DNA of 64,000 nucleotides, taken from NCBI RefSeq assembly GCF_023055435.1, contig NW_025963791.1, positions 496,001 through 560,000 on the forward strand, given 5' to 3'. Source of the stretch: Haliotis rufescens (lineage: Eukaryota). The notes beneath the pieces are model-generated. The model was not told the DNA's origin, did not search any database, and was given only the letters and a program-made list of their open reading frames with translations. Positions within the stretch are counted from its first letter, which is position 1, and the number at the start of each line of letters is the position of its first letter. Both the position numbers and the translations under genes were made by a program. This document shows positions 1 through 14,335 of the stretch, in pieces.

Positions 1-1140
1 CGCCACCAAACACCACTCACACACTATACAAATCATGTTACCACCATCGCCACCAAACACCACTCACACACTATACAAAACATGTGACCACCATCGCCAC
101 AAAACACCACTCACATTCCACCCGAAACATGTGACCACCATCGCCACCAAACACCACTCACACACTTAACAAAACATGTGACTATCATCGCCACCAAACA
201 CACTCACATTCCACCCGAAACATGTGACCACCATCGCCACCAAACACCACTCACACACCATACAAAACATGTGACCACCATCGCCACCAAAAACCACTCA
301 CACACTACACAAAACATGTGACCACCATCGGCCCCAAACACCACTTACATTCCACCCGAAACATGTGACCACCATCGCCACCAAACACCACTCATACACT
401 ATACAAATCATGTTACCACCATCGCCACCAAACACCACTCACATTCCACCCGAAACATGTGACCACCATCGCCCCCAAACACCACTCACACACTATACAA
501 AACATGTGACTACCATCGCCACCAAACACCACTCACATTCCACCCGAAACATGTGACCACCATCGCCACCAAACACCACTCACACACTATACAAATCATG
601 TTACCACCATCGCCAACCAAACACCACTCACATTCCACCCGAAACATGTGACCACCATCGCCACCAAACACCACTCATACACTATACAAATCATGTTACC
701 ACCATCGCCACCAAACACCACTCACATTCCACCCGAAACATGTGACCACCATCGCCACCAAACACCACTCATACACTATACAAAACATGTGACTACCATC
801 GCCACCAAAGATCATTCACATAATGACCACATACCCACCAAACACACTCACACACCACCCAAAACATGTGACCACCATAGCCACACAAAAAACGCTCACA
901 CACCATACAAAACATGTGTCTTCATCGAAACCAAACATCACTCACACACAACTCAAATCACGTGAACACCATCACCTCAAAACAACACTCTCACGCGACA
1001 TCCAAAACATGTGACCACATCGCCACCAAACACTACTCAAGACATATGACCGCTGTCGACATAAAACACCACTCACACACTACCCAAAACATGAGACCAA
1101 TCATTGCCTTCAATCATCGACACCAAACACACTCTGACAC
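1..1140. repeat. Minisatellite, about 47-bp unit (AAACATGTGACCACCATCGCCACCAAACACCACTCACACACTATAC), degenerating rightwards and truncated by the window start
   Basis: AAACATGTGA recurs at 78, 125, 172 and onward. Two alternating unit variants are visible. Confidence 0.95.
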
Positions 1141-3500
1141 AACCAAAACATTAACACTGCATTGGCGAAGTATTTGTTCAACTAATATTGCGTACTTTTC
1201 TAACAAAGGACTAAGGAGACTAAGCTTCACAGCTGAATCATACAACGATATGAACATCATTTCCAAGAGAGGGAAATAAGTGACTGCAATTAATCACCGT
1301 TGACAACGTGCCAAAATCTCCAGTAAACAGAAAACATGTTCTCCCAATCGCAAATTTCACATCTCGTTTTCTGGTTTTCGTGTATTCTGACAAGCGTGTT
1401 TGCATGATTCGCAAAAACACACATTGACGCCAATCAGGGCACATGTTAGTGTTGCCACTTTTTCGGCCAATTTTTGACAGTTCTCGCCTAACCAATCACA
1501 CTCCTTTCATTTGACTGCATAGCGTGGTTTGCCGTCGTATTTCAAGGGATGAAGATATCCATAGGAGTTTTTCATAGTCAGGGAGAAATGATTTACTTCA
1601 ATTGTCATATTTTTTAGATCAATGAGAATTAATCGTTTCTATTAGAAACCAATTACAAGATGGCTTTCATTCTTTTCTCCCCTTTACACCTCTTATGGTG
1701 GTAAAATTGTTTGTAATCCATCCTTGCATTGAATTGGAATGAATGTTTATCAGTTGTTAGAAGACGATCAGCTCTTCGGAATGAGCAACAAAAACCGTCA
1801 TGTCCACCAAACTGATGCATTAAGTACCAAGCTGACAACTGTAATATGGTTCTGTAAAGGATACAGTGTGTAGAGAACATGTCTGGTTAATTTTGTAAAC
1901 CAACATGTTTATCTAATGCATGGGCCCGACGAAATAATATTTCAGACTTCTAGATGAGACAAAGATTGTATTTGATGCTACACACAACACAATTGTCAGC
2001 ATAAGTTATTATATTATTCTACTATTCTCTCCACTGCACATGTTCTCAAGCCCGATCGCATGTTACCAAAGATAACCCAATTAATAAATTTCCATGTTTA
2101 GAGTATCTTTATTAGATTAAACCAAGACTCAAATTAATTTCTTACAGCTCGAAAACACGTGACAGGTCATACCATGGAGTTTGTATTTGTCATGAACGTG
2201 TTTAATGTTTATCGATTATTCATTACTTAGTTTCTTAAACAAGTAATAGGATTTTGGACTAGCCATCATTTCTATGCATGGTAGAATTCTATAAGATACA
2301 ACTATTTATTTAAGGCTGGTTTCTGTACTGAATTTCCTCTACCCTTGTATATTTAATCTATATACCAATATACAATTAATATTGCGTCGAAGAAACTTGG
2401 GATTTCTTCTTAGAAATTAACACAATACAGAATTTAAGGAGTGCTTTTATATTGACAGATATCGACAAATATTCGAGCACAAACATAGATGACTAATCGA
2501 TTATGAACGTGTAAATACAGATATTCTAATTGTTTATTCATGATCAAAAATGCATGTGGCATATAGAGTAAGGCGATTCGTTATATCAAAAGATGCTTCC
2601 GAGTACAAGTATTTTGATTTGCCATGTCATTCATGTTATGTTTGCATTGTTCTCGATTAACTGGGCTATTATATCTGAGGAATATACCAATTACGCCCCA
2701 AGGAAGTCGTCAAGAACCAATTTTTCGATCCATTTTTGCTTTCATGGCGTTGAAACGCGGAGAAAATATGATTAACAACTATTTCGTGCTTCTCAACCAT
2801 ATTTACTGTGTAGAGAGAGAGGATTCAACGTTTCGTGTACAGTCAGAATGTTCTGGTCAACGTCTTTGTCGTGCGAGCTCGGCATTTTGAGATTACCACC
2901 AGCATGGAACGTGTTTCAGGAATGTTTTGACAAAGACAACGGAAAAGATTTAGGGCTTCCAGTCATCCATACTATCCTGATAATACAGAAAATCCTCACA
3001 ACTCCACATAATAATATCCACCCTTTCCTATCAACAGAAAACATGCCTAAACGTTTCTTATAAATCTAGCAAGCGACGTTTGGTGTCCCCGGAATATTTG
3101 CATACGCATCCTATGGATTTCAATATTGAATATCGCCTTACTTGAAGGCTGACTTCTGAGTCTCCACTTTTGCGAATAATTGTTTTCCATTCAGTAAGTA
3201 TGGTACACTGACTACTCATGTGGTATAAATGCCACTCGGTTCATCGGGCCAGCGATAACATTGGGCGGAATCAATACTGGAACTTGATTCAATAGGTTTT
3301 ACTAGTACAAGAAATAATTTGTTTTTAAATTATTCGAAACTGTCCGTCAGGTTGTTTAAACTTTATGGAGCGGGATCCGTCGTCACACGGACTACAGGTA
3401 TGCAATGCAGCATCACCGCTCCATGTCTGTCCCAGTCGTTACGTAAGCAACTGATGCCGAGTGGACCCCCATTTCCGAGTGTTATATGACATCGTGACAA

Positions 3501-6475
3501 CATGTGAGTGGCAGTAGAGACAAAGGGTAGTTCCTTATATTTGAGTGACAGTAGACACAATGACTTCTCCCTTAGATGCGAGTGACAGTAGACACAGTGA
3601 CTTCTCCCTTGGATGTGAGTGACAGTAGACACAATGACTACTTCCCTGTATGTGAGTGACAGTAGACACAATGACTTCTCCCTTACATGTGAGTGACAGT
3701 AGACACGCTGACTTCTCCCTTAGATTTGAGTGACAGTAAACACAATGATTTCTCCCTTAGATGCCAGTGACAGTAGACACAATGACTACTTCCCTGTATG
3801 TGAGTGAGTGAGTGAGTGAGTTTGGTTTTACGCCGCTTTTAGCAATATTCAAGCAATATCACTACTTCCCTGTATGTGAGTGGCAGTATACACAAAGAGT
3901 ACTCCCTTAAATGTAAGTGACAGTAGACACAATGACTACTCCCCTGTATGTGAGTGACAATGACTACTCACTTAAATCTGAGTGACAGTAGACACAATGA
4001 CTACTTCCCTGTATGTGAGTGACAGTATAAACAAAGAGTACTTCCTTACATGTGAGTGACAGTAAACACAATGACTACTCCCCTGTATGTGACTGCCAGG
4101 AGACACAATAGTTACTCCCCTGTATGTGAGTGACAGGAGACACAATGACTTCTCCCCTGTATGTGAGTGAAGGTATGCACAAAGCGTACTTTCTTAAATG
4201 TGAGTAACAGTAGACACAATGACTACTTCCTTGTATGTGAGTGACAGAAGAAACAAAGATTACTTCCTTAAACGTGAGTAACAGTGGACACAATGACTAC
4301 TTCCCTGTATGTGAGTGACATTACACACAAAGAGTACTTCCTTAAATGTGAGTAACAGTAGACACAATGACTACTTCCCTGTTGTGAGTGACAGGAGACA
4401 CAATGACTACTTCCCTGTATGTGAGTTACAGTAGACACAAAGAGTTCTTCCTTACATGTGAGTGACAGGAGACACAATGACTCCTTCCCTGTTTGTGAGT
4501 TACAGTATGCACAAAGAGTACTTCCTTACATGTGAGTAACAGTAGTAACAATGACTACTTCCCTGTATGTGAGCGACAGGAGACACAATGACTACTTCCC
4601 TGTATGTGAGTGATAGTAGACACACTGACTACTTCCCTTTATGTGAGCGACAGGAGACACAATGACTACTTCCCTGTATGTGAGTGATAGTAGACAGAAT
4701 GACTACTTCCCTGTATGTGAGTGACAATAGACACAATGATACTCCCTGAAATGTTTGTGACAGTATACATAATGACTACTCCCTTAAAAGTGAGTGACAG
4801 TAGACACAAAGAGCACTCCCTTAAATGTGTCCGATAGTATACACAATGACTACTCACTTGAATGTGAGTGACAGTCGACACAATGACTACTTCCCTGTAT
4901 GTGAGTGACAGTATACAAAAAGAGTACTTCCTCACATGTGAGTGACAGTAGACACAATGACTACTTCCCCGTATGCGAGTGACAGTATACACAAAGAGTA
5001 GTTCCTTACATGTGAGTGACAGTTAACACAATGACTACTCCCTTAAATGTGAGTGACAGTATACACAAAAAATACTTCCTTACATGTGAGTGACAGTAGA
5101 CACAATGACTACTCCCCTGTATGTGAGTGACAGGAGACACAATGACTACTCATTTAAATGTGAGTGACAGAAGACACAATGACTACTCCCTTAAATGTTA
5201 GTGACAGTAGACACAATGACTACTCCCTTAAATGTGAGTGACAGTAGACACAATGACTACTCCCTTAAATGTGAGTGACAGTAGACACAAAGAGTACTCT
5301 CTTAAATGTGAGTGACAGTAGACACAGTCTTTCCTCCAATGTATGTTAATGGCAGAGTAGATACAACGACTACTCTCCTGTATGTGAGTGACAGTAGACA
5401 CAATGACTACTTCCCTGTATGTGTGACAGTTTACACAATGACTACTCCCCTGTATGTGAGTGACTGTAGACACAATGACTATTCCCATGTACATGAGTGA
5501 CAGTAGATTCAATGGCCACTACCCTGTATGTGAGTGACAGGAGACACAAAAAGTACTTCCTTAAGTGCGAGTGACATTAGACACAATGACTACTTCCCTG
5601 TATGTGAGTGACAGGAGACACAATGACTACTCCCCTGTATGTGAGTGACAGTACACACAAAGAGTACTTCCTTACATGTGAGTGACAGTAGACACAATGA
5701 CTACTTCCCCGTATGTGAGTGACAGTAGACACAAAGAGTACTCCCTTAAATGTGAGTGATAGTATACACAATGACTACTCATTTAAATGTGAGTGACAGT
5801 AGACACAATGACTACTCCCTTAAATGTGAGTGACAGTAGACACAGTCATTCCTCCACTGTATGTTAATGGCAGAGTAGACACAACGACTACTCACCTGTA
5901 TGTTAGTGGCAGTAGACACAATGCCTACTCCCCTGTATGTGAGTGACAGTAAACACAATGACTACTCCCCTGTATGTGACTGACGGTAGACACAATGACT
6001 ACTCCCTTGTATGTGAGTGACAGTAGACACAATGACTACTTCTTTAAACGTGAGTGACAGTCAACACAGTGACTACTCCCCTGTATGTGAGTGACTGTAG
6101 ACACAATGACTACTCCCATGTACGTGTGTGACAGTAGACTCAATGGCCACTTCCCTGTATGTGAGTGACAGTAGACACAAAGAGTACTTCATTAAATGCG
6201 AGTGACAGTAGACACAATGACTACTCCCCTGTATGTGAGTGACAGTAAACACAATGACTACTCCCCTGTATGTGAGTGACGGTAGACACAATGACTACTC
6301 CCTTGTATGTGAGTGACAGTAGACACAATGACTACTTCCCTGTATGTGTGACGGTATACACAATGACTACTTCTTTAAACGTGAGTGACAGTAAACACAG
6401 TGCCTACTCCCCTGTATGTGAGTGACTGTAGACACAATGACTACTCCCCTGTATGTGAATGACAGTGGACACGAG
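3501..6475. repeat. Minisatellite, 37-bp unit (TGAGTGACAGTAGACACAATGACTACTTCCCTGTATG), about 80 copies
   Basis: Direct tandem periodicity of 37 bp, e.g. 5221-5257 repeated from 5258. Confidence 0.97.
3801..3862 (-). mobile_element. SINE 3'-tail fragment inserted in the 37-bp array
   Basis: (GAGT)n TTTGGTTTTACGCCGCTTTTAGCAATATTCAAGCAATATC is the reverse complement of the tail seen at 23315-23371 and 30541-30595. Confidence 0.75.
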
Positions 6476-9400
6476 GACATTCGCTTCGACGAAACTAGCT
6501 CGAACTTCAGTACAAATGAAGTGGGGACTACAAATTGGCTTTCACGGATGTTTGGGGCCATATCAGGCAATTTAAGCGGATGGGAGCATTTCATTAGACT
6601 GTATCACAACGAATTCTCCTCACGAAAAAGATTGTTTGGAGTAATCGAAGTTTTCCCAAGTGAGAATACTACAGCGTGTCGGAGCAATTTGACAAGACTA
6701 GTTCCGTCGGGTGCCCCTTTGATAGAATAATCTTAAAAGATACATGAATTCGATATCAGTGTGTTATTAGAGGAGAGGATTTCCTCAAATTACCTAAGTG
6801 TCCCCTCTGGTTTAAGAAATAGCACTTTTATTCAGTTCGGACCAGAAATGCGTGGTTTTATTGCCCTTGTATCTGAAATGGGAATTCGGAAGGGGAAACA
6901 ATTTAGTTCATAAAACTTGGACAAACACTGACTTGAATGACTGCATCCCATGCAGATTGCCGGGTTTACGGTCTACCTTCCGTCCGGTTTCATTTCAACG
7001 AGAGAGCTCGAGAGTTGGACGTGACTTTTATTGTATCTTGTTTTTTTTGTATTTAGGGCGCATTACCGTTTTCGATCATCGGATATGTAAATGCCATTGG
7101 TATCAAGATGCAGTTGGAATTTATTATCCTTGCATTTACGCGAGTTTCCTCGACAGAGATTTAGCATTTCTCTTTTATTTCGCCTACTTGTTCGTGTGTA
7201 TATATATATATATATACATTGTGTTTGAAGACAATTATATAGTTTGTGTTCCAGTAGAATGATGAGTTTGGCTGCAGCAATTTTATTCAGAAGACATTGA
7301 TAGTCTGTGTGTTCAGTATAACGTGATAGTGAAGCGCAAACTGCTCGACTAAGGAAGTTCAATGCCAAACCAATGTAAAATGGAAATGCTTTAAACTAAG
7401 CTTTGTTCATAAAACAATTTTCTGGCCAAACATTCAAACGTTCAAAAAGCAGTACAACAGCCAATAGTTCATTCTAAATTGATCATATAAGATACAAAAT
7501 TGGACGAAAGTGCACTTCCCAACAGCGTTAACTTTTGCAACTGAACATGTAAGAATCTGTGTCCATATTCCATACTGCAGGTGGTCCAGTTTGAACGCGT
7601 ATGATTGACTGACCTCTTGTTTGAAAATTTATTGCTACAATAAACACGTCTTCTTCCCGATTTGGGTAAATCTAATTTCATGGATCAGATCTCTTGTCAT
7701 TAAAACAGTAAATACTGCTCGACGGATGTCTTTCTTCAGTTTCCACACAGGCGCCTTCGTCTTTAATGCAATCAGCCCGTGAAGAAATGCCACGGATATT
7801 GCCATGTTTATTCATACACACGTATCTCATAGATGTAGCTTCTTCCAGTGCTAATCTTTATAACCTAGGGTGGAAATTGGGGAGGATAATATGACCTCTG
7901 GGAAACTAAAAACATATTCTGTTTTGTGTAAAGTTTAAAACAGCTCGAAGGAGGCAGATCTTGTGTCAGTGAGACCAACACACAATGGCCTCTTTGTGGG
8001 TAAAAAATGCATTTATGGAACGAATAAAGAAACAAAAATGTCAATGGTGGAAGTGGGTGCACATTGGAAGATTGACATCAGATTGATATTATTTCATCCC
8101 GTGAGCATCAGTACATTTAATCCACAAGCATAAATATAAATCGAATTATCTAAACATATCCTTCTGATTTCATAATTCAAGCATTATGCATTTCCTGATT
8201 TAAAACCGCACATTTTCTTTGAGGACAGTTGTCCTTCGGAGCCCTCAGATATCTTCATCAAGCGAAATTATTATATTTATTTTTTCATAAAAGCCTTCAT
8301 AGAAGAATGTTTTAAGTCATGTTTTAGAGAAAAAGGGAAGCGGAAAATTTGTAATGAGTCAAACGCCTTTTGAAATAGTCATCTGATGATCCGTAATGGA
8401 CGCTATTATTTCGCCTCACCACACCTTCTGAAAGAATTATTTGGAAGTTCTTACAAAATGATGGCTTGGTTGAATCCTTTAGATAACTGATGGCTCCGAG
8501 ACACAGCAATAACTTGTAGGATTTCCCTTTAGTGCCCAGGGTTTCTCACATCTTTTTTCAAATTCCAAAAATAATCGATATTCACTGGATTATAATTGGA
8601 ATTTCAAAATTAAAGTTGTTCAATACATCAGTCAAATACCCCAAAAAATCCTATGCAAGCGAATATATCTTCATTATACATAACCCTGGACTTCTTTCTT
8701 TTACTTCCCGCTAAAGTGCCAAACATAATTTACTCCGCTCAGATTATTAATTCCATTTCATTAATCTGTAGTGATTAATAGAACACAGTTCTTAGTCTTC
8801 AATTTTATTTCATTTTATTATTCTCTCATACCAATTTTTACTACGATAGTAAGGTCTATTGTAGAAAAATTCATCAAGTAATATCAAAAAGCACATCTGG
8901 AAATCTATTCAATTGTTGCAATGTGTCAGTTTGCGTCAACAATGTGTTACTTTATTGCTCTTTTTATGACGGTGGAGCAAGTGTAGTAACAGTTTCCTTT
9001 TCTCGACGATTACATAAAACTCACTTGTAATTACAATGTCCAATCTAGCATTAGGGTAAGCAAATACGTGTATAAAGTATTTTACATCCACGTCATACCA
9101 CACTGGCAAATCGATAGGTGAGTGAAATCGAAGCGTGAGCTCAGATAAGCAAATATTACAGAGTAATCGAATGTTAAATTGCCATACACTCTGCATACAT
9201 TTAATAACATATTTCTAATCATAAACTTCCTTCAGCATAAATATCAGTGGGTTCACATCTAGGTGATTCCACGTGGATGCATTCATTGGTTTCCATGAAG
9301 AACTGCGTTCTCGCTGGGCTTATGTGCAATTTATAATCCTGTTAAGATTGTACAAATAGTTCCGGCCAAGTCACCCCCATCTTGTTAATGCTTTGATGTA

Positions 9401-12400
9401 TGCTTTTCATTATATTTTGGGAACAAGCCGAATAACACTCCATTACTCTGCCGCCAATGCCGGAGGATGCTCAGCAGCCGGAAGACATTATGCGCCTAGG
9501 AATGGGAACGGGGTGTCATCAGGATGCTTGGGCGATTTCTGTGTTTTAATTTATTTCTCTTCTGGGATCCATACTGATCACTAGATAAAGGTGCTATATT
9601 ACACCCGGGTATTATAAGAACTTCGTATGGTAGATTAATTATTGCTCCACTGTATGGAATATGTACATAATCGACGTACATGCTGAATTCAGTTCAACTC
9701 CAGCAGAAATTAAGTTACAACAAAACCCTCCAACAGTTTCAAGTTGATTTGAAACGTGACTTTTGAAAAGTTATTCATTCACCATCTTATGAAACTGCAT
9801 AGTATTACGATTATACATGATGCAACATACAAATATGTTTGAAAACTACTCAACATCATCGTTTCCCTTTGTTGGTGCCAGACTAACAAATCCACACAGC
9901 TCATAGTCGCGGCCGAAAATATATATTTCCTTGTTTGGGCATAAGCACGTTCACCACGCGAGGAATATTTTAGCATATTCTGATGATAGAGTCACGCCAG
10001 TTTATTAATAGAAACATTTTGGCCGCATCTAATGTCAAAAAGACCCATCCAGACAGTTTCCAATAGCAGTGAACCTTACCATCACTAAACAAACCCATTC
10101 CACAAATGAGCAAATATGAAAACTCCTCTATAACTTTCCATGCATCGACCGTGAGGGTTTCGGTCGTTACTGCCGTACATTGTTATACCCTTCTCCGTGA
10201 TAAACATCAAATCGATAGTTTTCAATTTGTTCGCCAACTCCCTTATATGGACCTTTCTCTCTGAACCAAGATAATATTTGGTCCGGAATCAAAGGTTAAA
10301 GAATTCTCCAAGACAAATGCGTCTTGCTGGTCTCCCCACTGAGTGAAGGGACTTCTCTCTAACTTGAGTGATGTGGCAATAAATGAAATAGCGGACGATG
10401 AATAGCTCCCACAGTAACATGGGGTCCTGGTGCTCTTTCCATCACATACCATTTCGTTTTATCGAAGTGTTTTCTGGTACAACCAAATGCTTTCATTGGC
10501 GTCTACTTCCAGTATTTGAAATACTGCTGTCATCTATTAAACATATGGAAGGTGTCTGGGCAAATGAACTGTCAAATATTAGAATCTTCCGAAAGTGTAT
10601 TGAATTACCACATTTCGATGTGATTGTGTACTTGTCCAAAAATATCCTTCTCTAAAATTGGCCTCCACAAGGTTTTGGCATTGAATCATCAAGGGATGTG
10701 CAGATGTCCCTAAAGCTAGAGTCACAGGACTGAGTAAAAAGTTATAGCACTTTCAAAAACTATATTTCTTTGATCAACAGGAAGAATTCATGAAAATAAA
10801 TTGAAAAACAGATATCCTTCAGCAGAACGGGGATTGGATGCATTGTAATCTAATTTGGGATCATACAACACAAAATACATAATATATTCTATCGAACTAA
10901 ACTTAAAAGGACAATTTAATATAAATACTATTTCACCAGAACATACGTTGAACAATGACACCACATGGGTTTTATCGTTCTCTGGAAATCTCCACCTCAT
11001 TTCTTGCTTTGATAACTCCCAAATCCAATAACGCCAGCCGTTATTTGTTTTCCGTGGCGAATTTGGCTCTAATCCAATTATTTTCTTCACCATGGACAAG
11101 ATGCTTCCCAGACAATTGCAATCCGGAATGTAAAGTCGGAGTTTTTCGCCAATTAGTCTTGGGATAATGGCATCGGTAAAACTTAATTCCAACGCCGGAT
11201 TTAATGACCACGATGTTAATTCCGATACAAAAAGAATCATTCAACAAGAATCGAACGCCAAACGCAAAATATCAATTATTAAAGCAGGCGAAGGTTGTTT
11301 TGAAACCAGTTATCCAAACTGGTTCGGGAAAGGTTTGAGACAAGAAACTAATAGCATTTGTTGTTACAATGATACAAGGAACAATCGGTCTGGCAGTGGT
11401 TAGTAGAAGTGGATATTGAGGCTGACAGTCGTTTAACTCAAGGTTACAATGTCCTGGGGAATTCAGCGGAAAAATCAGACGCAAGCGTTCAAATTCAAAT
11501 CAGATTTAAGACCCCTTGGGACTTTCTTGCTAAGATCAGCAGCAGACTCAATGTTTAGTAGCTGATCGCGTGTCGGATACAATCTTGATTAAGTCCCGTT
11601 TGCAATCAGGCGTTAACGAAATCGGTAGAGTCAATTATGCTATGTATGTCATTATCAACAACCATTACCTGGTATTCAAACTGTACTATGTCTTTCGTAT
11701 GGATTTAAGTGTATTCACATTATGACGACAAAGTCTCCAAACGACTATGTACCATGTACCTGTAACTCTAAATACCGGCAGGTTTTTTTTAAGGCGGGGT
11801 GATTTTTTTTTGCTAACATTGGTGATTACGTAAGGAGTGTTTTGTCATTCTTCTTCAAAATCAACCAGTTGTAAGGGGAGGGGGAATGGACGTGTCTTTG
11901 ACGTGCCAAAGTGAAACCTCGTTAAACAAGTCGGTTCTCATTCGTTAACGTCCAGATAAATTACTTTCCAACAGAGTTGTTGTGCAGTGAAGAATAATAC
12001 GAAAGTATTGGCTAAATTTCTTGTCTGGTGTCGGTTTAGTTAAAAGTTCTTCAGTTTTCCTGTGATACATATCTGATAAGTAACAATTTAATCGGTTTTC
12101 GGTTGGATAACAATATGGCTGAAACCTGTGGTTAAGATCAGTAACGTCAAGAGAATGTCGTTAGTATAGTTTCCACCAGTGTCGTCCGTCAGGTGAGATA
12201 TCCGGGGTTACCACGCCAGTTCTAACCAGTACGTTATGTGCCCACTAAAGAGACTTTATATATTAACATCATAAACACTTGTAAAACACTCTCCTCTCAC
12301 TATTTGGTTTTCAGATCAGAATACAACTTCCTTTACATGCACTTTAATCAGCCATAATGTCAATATATACAAAGATATTGAGGTACAATTCTTGTTATTT

Positions 12401-13659
12401 TGCATTAAATCCTTTACAAAGGTTACAATAACCATTCGCGTGATGAAGAACAACTACATAATTTCACATCAAACTTTTCCCTTATAAACTATTGCAGTTG
12501 TAACCAGTTTCGGTCGGACCCTAGCGCTCGCTATTGATCCCACGAAGGTCGTTATCAATAACCCTTTCACGACGTTGGCGGGCAGCCAAGAGTCGTTAGT
12601 TCATATTCATCACAGACTTACAGCCAATCAAAATTCTTTGAAAAAGAAAATCAGTCTTAGTTATGCATTATCGCCCACACGTTAACACCCTCGATCTAAA
12701 CCCTCGATCCACTAAGCCCCTGAATTCCGAGTTTAGCTGGCTGATCCAATCCAAATGATATAATTGCTCAGAGGTATCGATCTTCAGGAAGAATCTTTAA
12801 ACCCGTCAAGCTTAAGATTTTTTGCTGTCACAAGTTTATGGAAATATCCAATAATTAATCTTATCAGCAAATCGACAAGACTGTAGTATCGACACGCCAC
12901 GTTGTTGAACATCATCTAGATCGGATATAGGGTCCCCTACGACTCAGTGCATCGTGGGATGTTCGATAGCTTAAACTGTAAATCTCCTTTTGCCTTGTCC
13001 ATTGTGTGAAGCTGAGAGCTATAAAACTATGTTGGGAGAAAATTAGAAAGATGTTCAACTAGGGGCATTATTTTAGGGAATTGCACTGTTGATGTCAGAA
13101 ACAAGATTTAGATGTTGTATAGAGCCGGGATAGTGAGGTTTATTGTGATTAATCAGAATGGGTTGTAGCTTAACGGCCAACTCCATGCTGTAAACGGGGT
13201 TTTTATTTGTTATGTGTAAATGGTCTTAAATAAAATGCTTCATTCTAAAAAGAGTTATTTCAAACATAATAAAATGTATTTTATGAAGTCCATTTCTTGA
13301 ATAGTTGTGTATGAATAGTTATTATTCAACTGATAATACCATACAAGGTTAAGATGACCTTATCATTATGGATATATGTTTAGGTACATAACCTAGCCAT
13401 ACCAATATTTCTATGGAAAAGACCTGTAGATTAGCTCGCTATACATCTAGGTACAATGAATAATGATCTGGAATGCCCCCTCTCCATTCTATACAGCTCT
13501 GTGGTTGGAGACATAGATGGCAAAGAGGAGAACTGGATAAAAGGATTACGGTAAACGCTTGGGTCACGAGTTGACAAGAAGGTTTTGGAGTTGATCACCA
13601 CACAGATGGAAGACCACACGAATGAGAACATGAAGTCTCACAAAAAGAGAAAGTCGTGG

Positions 13660-14335
13660 AAACAATAGTAAAGTCACACAAACAAAACCAAAAACATCTT
13701 TAAACAAAGAAACGAGAGGAAATTACACAGAAAATTAACTGAGTAACAAGCAAAGGAAAAGTCACACAAGCAAAATGAAGTCACACAAGCAAAATGTAAG
13801 TCTCACAAGCAAATTGTAAGTCACACACACACAATGTAAATCAGACATACAAAAGGAAACTAAACGAAGGCCATACACAGAGTGCACTGAATAGCCGACT
13901 ACATATTCTTCACTTGACTGCCTACTATATTTGGTTCATTGAATAGCCTACTACACATACTTTAATGGATAGCTTACTACAAATACTTTACTGAATTGCC
14001 TACAACATATGCGTCAATGGATATCCTACTACATGTATTTCGCTGGAACGCCTACTACAAATATTCCAATGTACAGCTTACTGCAAATACTTTACATAAT
14101 AGCTTACTACAAATACTGCAATGGATAGATTACTAAAAATACTTTACTGAGCAGCCTACTACAAATACTTTACTGCATAGCCTACTACAAGTACGTCAAT
14201 GAATAGCCTACTATATATAATTCACTGAATAGCCAACTACAAATACTTCAATAAATAGCCAACTAAAATACTTTACTGAACAGCCTATTATAAATACTTC
14301 GATGGATAGCCTACTATATTTAATTCACAGAATTG
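13660..14335. repeat. Two adjacent degenerate tandem repeats (about 20-bp AAGTCACACAAGCAAAATGT; about 26-bp ACTGAATAGCCTACTACAAATACTTT)
   Basis: AAGTCACACA recurs over 13670-13850 and CCTACTAC recurs over 13890-14320. Confidence 0.8.

Noticed and set aside
365-6594. ORFs over the 47-bp and 37-bp arrays
   Set aside because: Translations of tandem repeats.
8324-8509. HYGSSDDYFK resembles nairovirus RdRp motif C (HAGSSDDYAK)
   Set aside because: I found no motif B (QG) in any minus-strand frame over the roughly 370 nt upstream that I translated, and no motif A (DxxKW) in the parts I read. Most likely a coincidence.
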